A stretch of 64,000 nt of DNA from Candidatus Latescibacterota bacterium (GCA_965200315.1 OZ241362.1:1920001-1984000); one strand, 5' to 3'; positions 39,816-50,489 are shown, counted from the stretch's first letter. Notes: generated from the sequence alone by a model not told the origin. Program-made: numbers and translations.

Positions 39816-40825
39816 ACCTGCTCTGCCGACAGCACGGTGGCATCCTCGTACAGATAGCAAGCAGCAGCGCGGCCAGCATCGGGCTGCACTAATGGCGGAC
39901 GCTGCTGCCGACAGCGGGGCATGACGTGGGGACAGCGCGCGGCAAAAGCGCAGCCGCCAGTAGTATGCGGAATCTCTGCGCCCTCTTCCTCGGTCGGCGA
40001 GCCAACGACCGCACCTTCGCCCCAGCGGCGTTTGGCGTCCGGCAGCGGGATGGAACTCACGAGTAGCTGTGTATAGGGGTGTTTCGGAGCCTTGATGACC
40101 TGTTCCACGCCCCCCACCTCGACCACTGCCCCTTGGTACATGACGAGAATGGTGTGGCTCAGCTGGTAAGCCGTAGTCAGATCGTGCGTGATGTACACGA
40201 GACTGATGCCGCGCTCCCGGTGGATGCGGGACAAGGTCTCCAAGATGGTAGCGCGCAACGAAGCATCTACCATCGACACCGGCTCGTCAGCCACGATCAC
40301 GCGCGGGTCGAGCAGCAACGCCCGCGCCACCATGATGCGCTGGCGCTGACCGCCGCTTAGCTGATGGGGATAACGCCCGAGAGTCTCCTCCGGGCGCAGG
40401 CCGACCGCTTGCAGCCCCTCCTCAATCCGCTGTCGCCGGTCGGCACGCGACAGTGCCGGGAAGAACTTGGCGACCGGCACCGCCAAGGGGTGGTCCACTC
40501 GGTAGAACGGGTTGAACACCTCAAAGGGGTCCTGAAACACGGCCTGCACCTGCCGACGAAACGTCTGTCTCGCCTTGGCGTCAAGATCGCGCAATTCCGT
40601 GCCTTGGTAGCGCACCGAGCCGCCGGTCGGCGGCAGGATGCCCAGCAGCAAACGCGCCAAGGTAGTCTTGCCGCTGCCGCTTTCCCCGGCAATAGCCACC
40701 ACCACCGGATCGTCCGCCGGGATTACCAGCGAGGCGTCGGCGACCGCGACAAGCTGCTGCCGGTCGAACACGCCGCCGCCAAAGGCTCGGCGCACCCCGC
40801 GCGCTTCGAGCAGCGGCGCGTTCAC
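39788..40825 (-). CDS. dppF: Oligopeptide/dipeptide ABC ATP-binding protein (DppF/OppF-like)
   Basis: GESGSGKT, YPHQLSGGQRQR, ADEPVSMVD, HPYTQLL, GCAFAARCP. Confidence 0.9.
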   Translation of the reverse strand: MNAPLLEARGVRRAFGGGVFDRQQLVAVADASLVIPADDPVVVAIAGESGSGKTTLARLLLGILPPTGGSVRYQGTELRDLDAKARQTFRRQVQAVFQDPFEVFNPFYRVDHPLAVPVAKFFPALSRADRRQRIEEGLQAVGLRPEETLGRYPHQLSGGQRQRIMVARALLLDPRVIVADEPVSMVDASLRATILETLSRIHRERGISLVYITHDLTTAYQLSHTILVMYQGAVVEVGGVEQVIKAPKHPYTQLLVSSIPLPDAKRRWGEGAVVGSPTEEEGAEIPHTTGGCAFAARCPHVMPRCRQQRPPLVQPDAGRAAACYLYEDATVLSAEQVADLSYGKG

Positions 40826-41802
40826 GAGACGCCTCGGCTGCCCTCGGCGTGCAGGTGACAGGCCGCCTCGCGCTCGGCGGCCACCGCGTCCAGCTCTGGT
40901 ACGCGCTCGGAGCAGCGGTCCATAACCTGCGGACAGCGCGGGTGGAAAGGACAGCCCGGCGGCGGCTCAAGTAGCGAAGGCGGCAGTCCGGGAATGCCGC
41001 GAAAAACGCCCTGGCGCTCCAGAGACGGCAGGCTTTCTACGAGTAGGCGCGTGTACGGATGCAGCGGCTCGTCAAGCAGGCTTTGCACCGGCCCGAGTTC
41101 GGCCAGCCGACCAGCGTACATCACGCCGATGCGGTCCACACATTGCGCCATCAGGCCCATGTCGTGGCCCACCAAAATCACCGCGGCGTCGAGTTCCTGC
41201 TGCACGCGAAACAAGGTGTCCATCACCCGCTTTTGCACAACCACGTCTAGGGCACTAGTCGGCTCGTCGGCAATGATCACCTGCGGACGCAAGGCCACGG
41301 CAATGGCCATGCCCACGCGCTGCTTCATGCCGCCGCTGAGTTCGTGGGGGTACATGCGCGCTGTCGCCGGGTCGAGTTCAACCAGTGCCAGCAAACTCCT
41401 CACCCGCTCCTGCAGGGCTGCGCGCTCCGGCCACTCCTCGTGAGCCTCAATCGTGTCGGCGATCTGCGCGCCCACTCGCATCACCGGGTTGAGCGAGTTC
41501 ATCACGCCTTGGGGGATCAGGGAGATGCGCGAAAAGCGCACGCCCCGCATTTCCTCCTCGGACAGCGCCAGCAGCTCCAATTCGTCCAGATCAACCCGCC
41601 CGCCCTCAATCCGTCCGGGCGGCCGGATTAGCTGCATCAGGGCCATGGCCGTCGTCGATTTGCCCGAGCCCGACTCCCCCACCAAGCCCAGCCGCTCTCC
41701 CGCCCGCAACGCAAAGCCAACGCCCTCCACGGCACGCACCGGTCCCCTCGGCGTGTGATAGTGAACGCGCAGGTCCTGCACCCGCAGCACGACGCGGCTC
41801 AC
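40822..41802 (-). CDS. dppD: Oligopeptide/dipeptide ABC ATP-binding protein (DppD/OppD-like)
   Basis: GTG start overlapping the upstream TGA; [38 protein letters not shown]. Confidence 0.9.
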   Translation of the reverse strand: MSRVVLRVQDLRVHYHTPRGPVRAVEGVGFALRAGERLGLVGESGSGKSTTAMALMQLIRPPGRIEGGRVDLDELELLALSEEEMRGVRFSRISLIPQGVMNSLNPVMRVGAQIADTIEAHEEWPERAALQERVRSLLALVELDPATARMYPHELSGGMKQRVGMAIAVALRPQVIIADEPTSALDVVVQKRVMDTLFRVQQELDAAVILVGHDMGLMAQCVDRIGVMYAGRLAELGPVQSLLDEPLHPYTRLLVESLPSLERQGVFRGIPGLPPSLLEPPPGCPFHPRCPQVMDRCSERVPELDAVAAEREAACHLHAEGSRGVS

Positions 41803-42656
41803 GACGAGACCCGCCAGATGCGCGGATTGGCGATGCGGTCCAATCCCATAGAGACGAGGAACAAGCCAAGGAAAATCAGCACGATCATCACAATCGGCGG
41901 TGCCCACCACCACCACATCCCCCGCAGCAGCGAGGTGTAGTAGAGTGCCCAATAGATGGTCATCCCGAGCGTAGGCTCGTTCTGCGGCCCCAAGCCCAGC
42001 GCCTCTAAACCGATCGAGGCTAGCACCGCAGCCCCCACCGCACTGACAAAGCTGGCCGCCAGATAGGGCAGCAAGTTCGGCAGCAGCTCGCGGGCGATGA
42101 TCTCCAAGTCCCTCATGCCAGAAAGCCGCGCCACCTGCACATAAGCGCGCTCGCGCATCGACAGCACCTGCGAGCGGATCGTGCGCGTCGGCAGCATCCA
42201 CGCCAGCGAGGCCACCACGAGAGCCATCATATCAACGGTAACGGCCGTGCGCAGCGAGGTGGCCAGCACCACTAAAAACAGCAGGCCGGGCACGGTCAGC
42301 AGCACGTCGGCCGCACCCCGAATCAGGGTATCGACCAAGCCGCCGAAGTACCCAGCGAGAAAGCCGAGGATGATGCCGATGCCAAGCCCCACAGCACCCG
42401 CGAGAAAGCCCACTCTGAGCGTGAGCGGCGTACCCGCCACCATCACCGCGAGCAAATCCCGCCCGGCCGCGTCGGTGCCGAGCAGGTGCTCCAGCGACGG
42501 CGACCGATTCGGCTCAGCAGCACCGACGCGGGCCAAATCTGTATCGACTAACAGGGAGCCCACCGGACCAAAAGCGAGCACGACAAAGACGACAATTAAG
42601 CCCGCCGTAAGCTGGGGATGGCGGCGCGCTGCCGCGGAGAGCGGAGAGAGCATCAT
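41799..42656 (-). CDS. dppC: ABC permease (DppC/OppC-like)
   Basis: HLLGTDAAGRD, YVQVARLSG..II.RELLPN, WWWWAPP. Confidence 0.9.
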   Translation of the reverse strand: MMLSPLSAAARRHPQLTAGLIVVFVVLAFGPVGSLLVDTDLARVGAAEPNRSPSLEHLLGTDAAGRDLLAVMVAGTPLTLRVGFLAGAVGLGIGIILGFLAGYFGGLVDTLIRGAADVLLTVPGLLFLVVLATSLRTAVTVDMMALVVASLAWMLPTRTIRSQVLSMRERAYVQVARLSGMRDLEIIARELLPNLLPYLAASFVSAVGAAVLASIGLEALGLGPQNEPTLGMTIYWALYYTSLLRGMWWWWAPPIVMIVLIFLGLFLVSMGLDRIANPRIWRVSS

Positions 42657-43654
42657 CGGCGGTATGCAATGCGCGGATCGAGGAGCGGATAAACCAAGTC
42701 GAGAATCAACGTCACCACGGCGATGGCCAAGATGACCATGAGCACGACTCCGTAGATGACGAAGTAGTCAAAAGTCTGCACGGCGCGGTACAGCACCGTG
42801 CCCACGCCCGGGTACGCAAACACCACCTCCACCAGCACAGCCCCAGACACCACGTACCCCATGGCCAGCGCCAAAGCTGTCGTCTGCGGCAACAGCGCGT
42901 TGCGCAGGGCGTAGCGGAAGAAAATGTCGCGGCTCTTCAAACCCCGCGCCTCGGCGTAGTTGACGTAATCCTCGCCCTGGACGGTGACCATCATGCCGCG
43001 CATCGACAAAGCCCAAAACCCCACCGACGACAGCACGATCGACAGGGCGGGGACGATGGAGTGATAGATCACGTCGATGGCAAAGGACAAGGTCGGCCCG
43101 GGCAGCGTACCCAACGTAAAGCCGCCGCCGAGTGGAAAGGCGCCTAGGGTGAAACCTAGCAGAAAGACGAGCACTAGTCCGAGCAAGTAGTAGGGAATCG
43201 CCGACAGCGCCAAGAACGGCGCGGCAAAGTAGTGCAGGGCACCGGGTGATCGCGGCCAAGCGAGCAGGGCACCGAGCACCGTACCGAGGGCAAAGGCAAT
43301 AAGCGTCGCCGTGGTTAGCAGACCGAGCGTCCACGGCAGGGCGCGCATGATAATGTCGGAAGCGCGGCTCGGAAAGTTGGCGATGGAGACCCCAAAGTCG
43401 AGGCGCGCCACATCGCCGAGATAGCGGAGATACTGCTTCCACAAGGGCTGGTCGAGACCGAAACGGGCCTCGTATGTGGCCACTACGGCCTCCATGTCGG
43501 TCTTGCCCGCGCCGCCAAAGGACACCGCCTGCAACAGACGCTCGCGAATGGGGTTTACCGGGGCCAGCCGAGGCATCAAGAAGTTAATGGTGGCCCCGGC
43601 CCACACGATCAGCAGGAACACCCCGAGGCGACGGAAGACGTAATTGAGCGACAA
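42653..43654 (-). CDS. dppB: ABC permease (DppB/OppB-like)
   Basis: Probable TTG start at 43654; FGLDQPLWKQYLRYL, EDYVNYAEARGL, ALRNALLP, VEVVFAYPGVG, LDPRI. Confidence 0.9.
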   Translation of the reverse strand: MSLNYVFRRLGVFLLIVWAGATINFLMPRLAPVNPIRERLLQAVSFGGAGKTDMEAVVATYEARFGLDQPLWKQYLRYLGDVARLDFGVSIANFPSRASDIIMRALPWTLGLLTTATLIAFALGTVLGALLAWPRSPGALHYFAAPFLALSAIPYYLLGLVLVFLLGFTLGAFPLGGGFTLGTLPGPTLSFAIDVIYHSIVPALSIVLSSVGFWALSMRGMMVTVQGEDYVNYAEARGLKSRDIFFRYALRNALLPQTTALALAMGYVVSGAVLVEVVFAYPGVGTVLYRAVQTFDYFVIYGVVLMVILAIAVVTLILDLVYPLLDPRIAYRR

Positions 43655-43724
43655 GTCGGTTCTACTCCGCGTATGACAAATGTAATTCCAACAATATGGC
43701 CCCCAAGACGCAACGTCGCTCAAT

Positions 43725-43922
43725 CATGGGTGGCGACCGCCGTTTTCCATTTTGTCCTCTCTTCCTCGATAAAGTAGCCCACGAGATCGTTGTACACTTT
43801 CTCCATCGCGTCTGGACTGAAGCCTTCCTCTTTCGCCCAGAGTCTTCGTTGCCCTAGCGGCGCAATAATTTTTCTAGCGATTCGATCAATCTCTGCACGT
43901 ATATCTCATCTGGCGTCTTCAT
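43725..43922 (-). pseudogene. Chorismate mutase / isochorismate-pyruvate lyase (PchB-like) remnant
   Basis: Frameshifted pieces MKTPDE / IRAEIDRIARKIIAPLGQRRLWAKEEGFSPDAMEK / VYNDLVGYFIEEE..KW; the central part appears deleted. Confidence 0.6.
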
Positions 43923-44234
43923 TCATATAGCAATCCTACACGACGGGTGCGGTGCGCAGGCTCGCCCCCGGTTCGGTGTCTCCCCCGGCGCACCCCTGCC
44001 CGGATCGAGGGGCATCCTGCCCTCGAAATACGCCACCCCCCAGGCGACGCGACCGACCGAAAAGCCGCCAGCGGGCGAGACGCCCGCGCACCCCGCGATG
44101 CGCCGCATCGCGCGAATGAGGTAGGATGGCGATATCACTCCTTATCTGTTTCCGAATCTCAATCCAATCTTAGGTGCGTATCTGAGCCTGTCGCGCCTGA
44201 AGGCGCTGTGAACGCACCCGGCTACAAAAGCACT

Positions 44235-44663
44235 CTAGACGAGTGGATGACGCCAGCGCAGGTCGGGAAAGCGACTGAAGTCGCGGTCGGTAGTGATCCA
44301 CTCACTGCCCGACTCAATGGCCAAGGCGGCCAAGTACGCGTCTTGGACCAGATTCCCCTTGCACTGGCTCTGTTGGCAAAGTCGGGTAAATATGGCCCAG
44401 TGGCGTACCCCTGGCGTGATGGCTACGCGATTGGGACGGTCGCGAACCTGATCTGCGAAAGTCAGTGCCGTGTCCAGCGGGCTGGGTGGGTCGAAGATGC
44501 GGCTGTGGGTGGCGATGCGGAGAAAGCTGGACAGCACGAGGTCGGTCATGCCGTAGGCCTGAGGACTGTGGATCAATTCTTCCAGCCAAGCCCGATAGGC
44601 CGGGTGGTCGGGGACTTCCTCGCGGTGGGCGTAGAGCAGGACATTGACGTCAAGCAGGACCAT
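44235..44663 (-). CDS. vapC: VapC family PIN-domain toxin
   Basis: LLDVNVLLYA, GNLVQDAYLAALAIE, TTDRDFSRFP. Confidence 0.93.
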   Translation of the reverse strand: MVLLDVNVLLYAHREEVPDHPAYRAWLEELIHSPQAYGMTDLVLSSFLRIATHSRIFDPPSPLDTALTFADQVRDRPNRVAITPGVRHWAIFTRLCQQSQCKGNLVQDAYLAALAIESGSEWITTDRDFSRFPDLRWRHPLV

Positions 44664-44901
44664 CGTTCTGCTCCATCAGGTCGAGGAGGGAAGAGGTATC
44701 GTCCAGATCGACACCGGGTTGTACCCCTCGCCCTTTGAAGGTCTTCAAAGCGACGCTGGCCTGTGGCTGAGGGACCTTGGTGCGTGCTAGGGATTCGCGC
44801 AGCGCGTCCTCTATCACCGCCTTGAGCGTCCGGCCCGTCTGGGCAGCGTACTGCTTGGCCTCTGACAGCAACTGATCATCCAACTGTATCGTCGTTTTCA
44901 T
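44650..44901 (-). CDS. vapB: VapB family RHH antitoxin
   Basis: MKTTIQLDDQLL..AK..A...GRTL..VIEDALR, PGVDLDD; overlaps vapC. Confidence 0.88.
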   Translation of the reverse strand: MKTTIQLDDQLLSEAKQYAAQTGRTLKAVIEDALRESLARTKVPQPQASVALKTFKGRGVQPGVDLDDTSSLLDLMEQNDGPA

Positions 44902-45035
44902 CCATAAAACCATACGATATATACATAAATATGGCAAACTCTAGGCGTCAGCTTGAAAACTTCGATCCTCGGATAAAGAGACCGAGTGGATCAGCGGTTT
45001 GCTCGTCGGTCTGTACCCGTGCGAGTCCCTCCGCT

Positions 45036-46172
45036 CTACTCCGCGTCGAAGAAGCCGAGGTCCTCCCGCGCCGCGCCGCGCGCCACCTCCTCGTCGAGCG
45101 CGACTCCGAGACCAGGAGACTGCGGCAAGGCGATCCGCCCGTTGACGATCAGGTCGCGTTCCACCGTGAGGCTGTTCCACAGCGCATTGTCGAGGTGGTG
45201 GAACTCCAACACCTGAAAGTTGGGCGAAGCAGCGCACGTGTGACACATGGCCATCGTGCCGATCGGGCTACAGATGTTGTGCGGAGAAATTGGGATGTAA
45301 TAAATGTCGGCGAGATCGGCGATGCGGCGGCCCTCGGACAGGCCGCCGGCCTTGGCCAGATCGGGGGAGATAATATCCGTCGCCTGCGTCTCGACTAGCT
45401 CGCGGAACCCGTGCCGCGTGTACAGGTTTTCGCCGGTGCAGATCGGGGTGCGCGTCGCGGTCTTCACTTCTTTGAGCGCGGCGACGTTTTCGGCCGGAAT
45501 CGGATCTTCCAACCACATCAAATTTAGTTCTTCCAAGGCGTAGGCAACCTTGAGAATGTCGTGCGGAGCGTACGCCCAGTGCGCGTCAATGAGCAAATCC
45601 GTGTTGGGATGCAGGGCCTCGCGGAGCGCCGTGACCACTTCGATGTGGAAGGCGATGTCGCGGTTGCTCATGGTGCGGTTGTAGTGGTCGCGGCGGTCGG
45701 GACGCGGGTCGATGTCGAACTTGATGGCGTCAAAGCCGCGGGCTTCTACTTCCTTGGCCTTGGCGGCCCACGATTCGGGATTGTCGTCCTCGTTTCCGGC
45801 GTGGCAGTCGTTGTACACGCGAATGGAGTCGCGGTACGCGCCGCCCAGCAACTGCCAAATCGGCACACCAATCGCCTGCCCGGTGATGTCCCACAGCGCC
45901 ATCTCAATGCCGCTGATCGCGCTCATCACCGCTCCTTGGTAGTACCCCGACGCCGACATCGAGCTTTTCATGTCGCGGAAGAGCTTATCGACGTTGCGCG
46001 GGTCTTGGCCGATGAGGGCGCGTTGAGTGAGGCGTTCGTCGACAGCAATGTGGTGGACGCCGGCCCCGTGATAGGCTTCGCCCATGCCGGTGATCCCCTC
46101 GTCGGTGCGCACCTTCACCAGCACCCAAGGCATGGGTTGCAGCAGCACGGCTCCTACATCGACAATTTTCAT
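45036..46172 (-). CDS. Mandelate racemase/muconate lactonizing enzyme family (acid-sugar dehydratase-like)
   Basis: TDEGITGMGE, SGIEMALWDI.G, KFD, DAH, WLEDP, TGEN, SPHN, PGLGV. Confidence 0.92.
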   Translation of the reverse strand: MKIVDVGAVLLQPMPWVLVKVRTDEGITGMGEAYHGAGVHHIAVDERLTQRALIGQDPRNVDKLFRDMKSSMSASGYYQGAVMSAISGIEMALWDITGQAIGVPIWQLLGGAYRDSIRVYNDCHAGNEDDNPESWAAKAKEVEARGFDAIKFDIDPRPDRRDHYNRTMSNRDIAFHIEVVTALREALHPNTDLLIDAHWAYAPHDILKVAYALEELNLMWLEDPIPAENVAALKEVKTATRTPICTGENLYTRHGFRELVETQATDIISPDLAKAGGLSEGRRIADLADIYYIPISPHNICSPIGTMAMCHTCAASPNFQVLEFHHLDNALWNSLTVERDLIVNGRIALPQSPGLGVALDEEVARGAAREDLGFFDAE

Positions 46173-46337
46173 CGCTGCGATCCGAATTGAATGAGAACAG
46201 ATGCCTTATTAGATTGAATATGGCATTGCAAAAACGCCGCCAATGTATCGCCTCCCCCACCCTCCGTCAAGCTCTCTGGGAGAACGGACGCCGCTCGCGC
46301 TGCTTTGACGTTTTAACGCTATGAGGTTATCGCCTTT

Positions 46338-46571
46338 ATGACTAACGCGACCAAACGAATCACCATCGACTTTGATCCTGCGATTCACCGTGCCCTTCAG
46401 CGACAGGCCGCCGAAGCGAACCGATCGATTTCCGCCTTAGTCAATGATGCAGTGAGGCGCTCCCTAACCGAGGATGTCGAGGATTTGAGTGCCTTCGACG
46501 AGCGGGCCGCCGAACCCAATTTGCCGTTTGAGGATGTCGTCAAAGATCTCAAGCGCAGTGACAAGCTATAA
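46338..46571 (+). CDS. CopG/RHH antitoxin
   Basis: KRITIDFD..HRAL..AAE..RSISALVNDAVR; overlaps the relE-like gene. Confidence 0.85.
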   Translation: MTNATKRITIDFDPAIHRALQRQAAEANRSISALVNDAVRRSLTEDVEDLSAFDERAAEPNLPFEDVVKDLKRSDKL

Positions 46572-46818
46572 AATTCAGATCAAACCCTCTGCCGTACGGG
46601 AAATCGAGGCGATTCCGCAGAAGAAACAACGCCAGCGCATCATTGCTCGAATTCGCGCCCTAACGGACAATCCTCGTCCACGAGGGGTTGAAAAACTCTC
46701 TGGATTGGACCGCTATCGAGTGCGACAAGGAGCCTATAGAATCATTTATTCAATTGAGGACGATGCCCTAGTCGTCTATGTTGTGAAGGTCGGTCATCGC
46801 AGTAATATCTACAGATAG
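46558..46818 (+). CDS. relE: RelE/ParE family toxin
   Basis: GTG start; NPRPRGVEKLSG..YRVRQGAYRIIYSI...VKVGHR..IYR. Confidence 0.9.
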   Translation: MTSYKIQIKPSAVREIEAIPQKKQRQRIIARIRALTDNPRPRGVEKLSGLDRYRVRQGAYRIIYSIEDDALVVYVVKVGHRSNIYR

Positions 46819-47021
46819 CGAACGCCGCTCTCTTTTCTCACTTGCGTCTTTAACTCACCCCCCGTCAAGCCGCGTCGCCAGCGTCGATGGCCTCCCGAAG
46901 AGCCGCGCTAGGAAACAGCCGTTGGTAGGGGAAATGACGGAGCCGCACTCGAGCAGTTGATCGCCCGACTCGCCAGCAAAATGGAGTAACCTTTTCTATG
47001 CCTTCTACCGGGAGAACTACC

Positions 47022-47855
47022 ATGATCCGACTCAACCAACAGCAACTCAACTTTTTCGACACCTTCGGCTACCTAGCCCTGCCGGGGTTGATGGCCGACT
47101 GCATCGACGAGATCACTGATGCCTTTGAGCAGGTTTGGGCCGAGCGCGGCGGGGGCCACCACGGCCAACCGCACGACGGCGAACGGCGCTCCTGCATCGT
47201 GCCCTTCATCGATCAACACGAGCGCCTGTGCGCGCTGCTCGACGATCCGCGCATCGAGGGCTTGCTCGCCAGCCTGCTCGGCGACGACTTCAACTACAGC
47301 AGTTCCGACGGCAACTACTATGCCGGCGACACGCAGTGGCACTCCGACGGCTACCAGAAAGAAGTGCGCCACGTCAAAATAGCCTTCTACCTCGACCACC
47401 TGACGCACGACACCGGCTGCCTGCGCGTGATCCCAGGCAGCCACCGCCGCGGCGATCAGTACGCCGAGACGCTCAAAGCAAACGCACGGCAATCTCAGGA
47501 GCAGTGGGGCATCTCCGGCGACCAAGTCCCAGCCGTCGCGCTCGAAATCGTCCCCGGAGACGTCGTCGTCTTCCAGCACAACCTCAAACACGCGGCCTTC
47601 GGGGGCGGTGGCCGCCGCCGCATGTTCACCATCAACTGCATGGTGCGCGTGCCCGACGAGCAGATCGACCTCGTCAAACAGGACATCGCCGGGCTGGCCC
47701 GCTTCTGGGCGGAGCGCGCATACGGCGAAACCATGCTCGCCACCGCGAGCAAACGCCGCATGGTGCATCTCGAACAGCGCATGGCCAACGACGGCCACCT
47801 CAAAGAACTAGCGGCGAAGGCACGGGCCGAGATGCCAGCACCTTCGCGGGGATAG
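47022..47855 (+). CDS. Phytanoyl-CoA dioxygenase (PhyH) family 2OG-Fe(II) oxygenase
   Basis: FFDTFGYL, WHSD (HxD), GCLRVIPGSH, PGDVVVF..NLKHA, RR. Confidence 0.9.
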   Translation: MIRLNQQQLNFFDTFGYLALPGLMADCIDEITDAFEQVWAERGGGHHGQPHDGERRSCIVPFIDQHERLCALLDDPRIEGLLASLLGDDFNYSSSDGNYYAGDTQWHSDGYQKEVRHVKIAFYLDHLTHDTGCLRVIPGSHRRGDQYAETLKANARQSQEQWGISGDQVPAVALEIVPGDVVVFQHNLKHAAFGGGGRRRMFTINCMVRVPDEQIDLVKQDIAGLARFWAERAYGETMLATASKRRMVHLEQRMANDGHLKELAAKARAEMPAPSRG

Positions 47856-47862
47856 GGAAATC

Positions 47863-48789
47863 ATGAGCGACCACTACGAATTCAAAATGGGGATCTACCT
47901 CGGCGAGCTGCAGCAGCCCTTCGCGCAATCGCTGGCCACGGCGCGCGACCTCGGCGCGCACTACGTCTGGTGCGGCACCCACTCCAACAATCGCAGCCTC
48001 TACGAGCTTGCCGACGCTGAGATAGACCAAGCCGCCGAACAGGTCGCCGCGCACGGTCTCGAGTTTTTCCTGCTCGACGGCGCGGGGTTGTTCAAGACCG
48101 TACATCTCGCCGAACTCGAGCCGGGCAAGATGCTCGAACACGCCCAGTTCAAGGAGCACTTCGATAAACTGGAACGAGCGATGGAGGTTTCAGCCCGTTT
48201 GGGAATCGGCGCAGTCGGCTGCAGCAGCTTCGCTTGGCCGGCCGAATACACCGGCGGCAAGCCCACTTGGCCAATGCGCTGGGCGACGCGCGGCGGCATC
48301 ATCTCCGACGGCGACATGGCAAAGCTCGTCGAAGCATTCTCCATGTTCGCCGACCTCGCCGAGCAATACGACGTCGACATCGCCTTCCTAATGATGCAGT
48401 GGAACTACGGCAACACCAGCCGCAACTTCCGCCGCATCGTCGAAGCCGTCGGCTCGCGGCGCTTCAAGGCGCTCTGGTGTCCGGCCGACAGCTACAACTG
48501 CGGCGAAGTCGACAACGCCACTGCTGGCTTTGAAAACCTGCGCCCCTACCTGTACGGCGTCCACGCCAAGGACCTGCGCACCATAAACGGTGCAACGCTC
48601 GAATTCGAGTACACGCCCATCGGCGAGGGCCACGTCGACTACCCGACCATTCTGCGCAATCTGCGCGACAGCCGCTGCGACGTCGTCCTGTCGATCGCCA
48701 CCCATTTCCTGCCGGCAAGCGGCTCGCGGCTCGAAGCCATGCAGACGAACTACGCCAACATCCGCAGGCTGATCGGCGAGGTGTCGTAG
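47863..48789 (+). CDS. Sugar phosphate isomerase/epimerase (xylose-isomerase-like TIM barrel)
   Basis: VHAKD, PIGEGHVDY..IL..L. Some metal ligands look substituted. Confidence 0.75.
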   Translation: MSDHYEFKMGIYLGELQQPFAQSLATARDLGAHYVWCGTHSNNRSLYELADAEIDQAAEQVAAHGLEFFLLDGAGLFKTVHLAELEPGKMLEHAQFKEHFDKLERAMEVSARLGIGAVGCSSFAWPAEYTGGKPTWPMRWATRGGIISDGDMAKLVEAFSMFADLAEQYDVDIAFLMMQWNYGNTSRNFRRIVEAVGSRRFKALWCPADSYNCGEVDNATAGFENLRPYLYGVHAKDLRTINGATLEFEYTPIGEGHVDYPTILRNLRDSRCDVVLSIATHFLPASGSRLEAMQTNYANIRRLIGEVS

Positions 48790-48877
48790 CCGCTACCGCC
48801 TCATTCCATCGGGATGCCGAAATGGGGCGCGGAGACCAAGCGTACCATACGTTAGGCAATCTATAAGGAGAACCTGC

Positions 48878-49627
48878 ATGACCGATTCGGTGCAAGACGA
48901 CAGCGTCGTCATTCTGTTCCGCGGTGGACGCTTGCCTCAGTGGCATCAACTCGACGAGGCGCAGCGACGCAACTACGAGCGCCAGCACGTGGACCTGATG
49001 CTGGCCGTCTCCGAGCACCACGGCCTGATCGGCATACATGGCTACCGCCTGCTGGCACCCCAAAACAGTTGGGAACGATTCTGGACCATTGAATTCCCAG
49101 ACCTAGCCGGTGCCGAAGCCTGGATGTCGGCTGAGGTGGAGCCTCCGTACGGACACTACGGCTTCTACGACTACTCACTCGCCCGCCGCTGGCAACCAGA
49201 AAGCCTAGCTTGGCTGCCGCGCAAACCCGAGCCCCCGGTAGCGCCCGGCACTGATCCACACGTGATCCCGCCCCTGACCGTCGATCCCACCTCAATCGTC
49301 GTGCTCGCCTTCGGCGGCTGGCGGCGCGGCACCGACCAAGTTGACCCCCAGACACGCGGCGACGAGGCGCACCAGCAACGACTACACGAGGTGGCCCGAG
49401 AGCACGACCTCATCCACGGGGAAGTTTTCCGCCTACTCGGAACCAACGCCGAAGGCGAGTTCCTCTGGCTCTTGGAGTTCCCCCGACTGGCCGGTGCCGA
49501 AGCTTGGATCGAAGCCGAAAAGACACCTCTCGCCGGGTCCTATCAGAAGCGCAACTTCTACCTCGCCAGACGCTGGGCACCCGAGTACTTCGCCACTTGG
49601 CCGCCCGAAAAAACTGGACACGCGTGA
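48878..49627 (+). CDS. Hypothetical protein with two internally repeated domains
   Basis: AAGGAG RBS. Repeat 1: HGYRLL..FWTIEFPDLAGAEAWMSAE..YSLARRWQPE; repeat 2: GEVFRLL..LWLLEFPRLAGAEAWIEAE..FYLARRWAPE. Confidence 0.75.
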   Translation: MTDSVQDDSVVILFRGGRLPQWHQLDEAQRRNYERQHVDLMLAVSEHHGLIGIHGYRLLAPQNSWERFWTIEFPDLAGAEAWMSAEVEPPYGHYGFYDYSLARRWQPESLAWLPRKPEPPVAPGTDPHVIPPLTVDPTSIVVLAFGGWRRGTDQVDPQTRGDEAHQQRLHEVAREHDLIHGEVFRLLGTNAEGEFLWLLEFPRLAGAEAWIEAEKTPLAGSYQKRNFYLARRWAPEYFATWPPEKTGHA

Positions 49628-49699
49628 CGACGCGGCTCCAGCTATCTCGTCCAGACGGGAGGCGAGACCTTGGTCTTCGACTGCGGCCCGGGGGCATAA
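49628..49699 (+). pseudogene. Short fragment of an MBL-fold (RNase Z-like) hydrolase
   Basis: RRGSSYLVQTGGETLVFDCGPGA*. Confidence 0.45.
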
Positions 49700-49935
49700 T
49701 GACGCGGCAAACAGAACGCTTCGAGCACTCGACCGCGCTGACTCGCCTGCTCCTCGACCACAAGCAACCCACACGCCGTGCTCCACATCGGGCGAGCCGG
49801 ACCGTAACGCTCGGCACACACTCGAACCGACGCCACACTAACCGGCACCAGCCAGCGTCCATCTTCGCCCCTGCCTTCGGTGCAACGGCCACAGAAGCAG
49901 CCCTTTCAAACGTCTGCCTGCCCCTGGCTGCTCTC

Positions 49936-50244
49936 CTATGCGCTCAATGGCCTAAATCGGCCACCTTCTCGCTCATTCCGCCGTCTGCCGCAGATGAGAA
50001 ATCCGCCAGCGGCAAGACGCTGGAGGACCAAGGACTCAGGGGCGTCGGGACAGCGCACACCAGCGCGAGCAAGGGCATCCTGCACGGCCGGCGACTGACC
50101 AGCTAGGCCGATGATGAAATCGGGAGTGGGTCCGGGCGCAGATACGACCTCAACAGATTCTCCGTGCGTGCCGAGGGTGCGCCTCAACTCCTCCAGCGCC
50201 CAGCTAGCGGCGCGAGGTAGCTCTGTGTCGACGACTAGATTCAT
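49936..50244 (-). pseudogene. N-terminal fragment of a glycoside-hydrolase-like protein
   Basis: WALEELRRTL..IIGLAG..PESLVLQ..FLICG resembles GH20/67/115 N-terminal domains; truncated right after. Confidence 0.4.
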
Positions 50245-50325
50245 AGGCTGGTCATTTCCGCAGCGCCGAGGGCCGATAGACAAACAGCTCTTTCGCGGTC
50301 TCGCAATGCAGCATCAAACGGCTCA

Positions 50326-50401
50326 CTAGGCGAGTAGATGACGCCAGCGCAGGGCGGGAAAGTGGCGGGCGCGATGGCCACGCGATTGGGACGAGCGCGA
50401 A
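50326..50401 (-). pseudogene. Internally deleted vapC remnant
   Basis: Two blocks match ~44235-44271 and ~44414-44446 of the intact vapC. Confidence 0.6.
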
Positions 50402-50489
50402 TTTACTCTGCAAAAAATTGTCCTTTTAAATTACCGGGATTTTGCCTCGATTGGCATGATCAGCGTCTGGATTGCGGACACTAGCCTCG

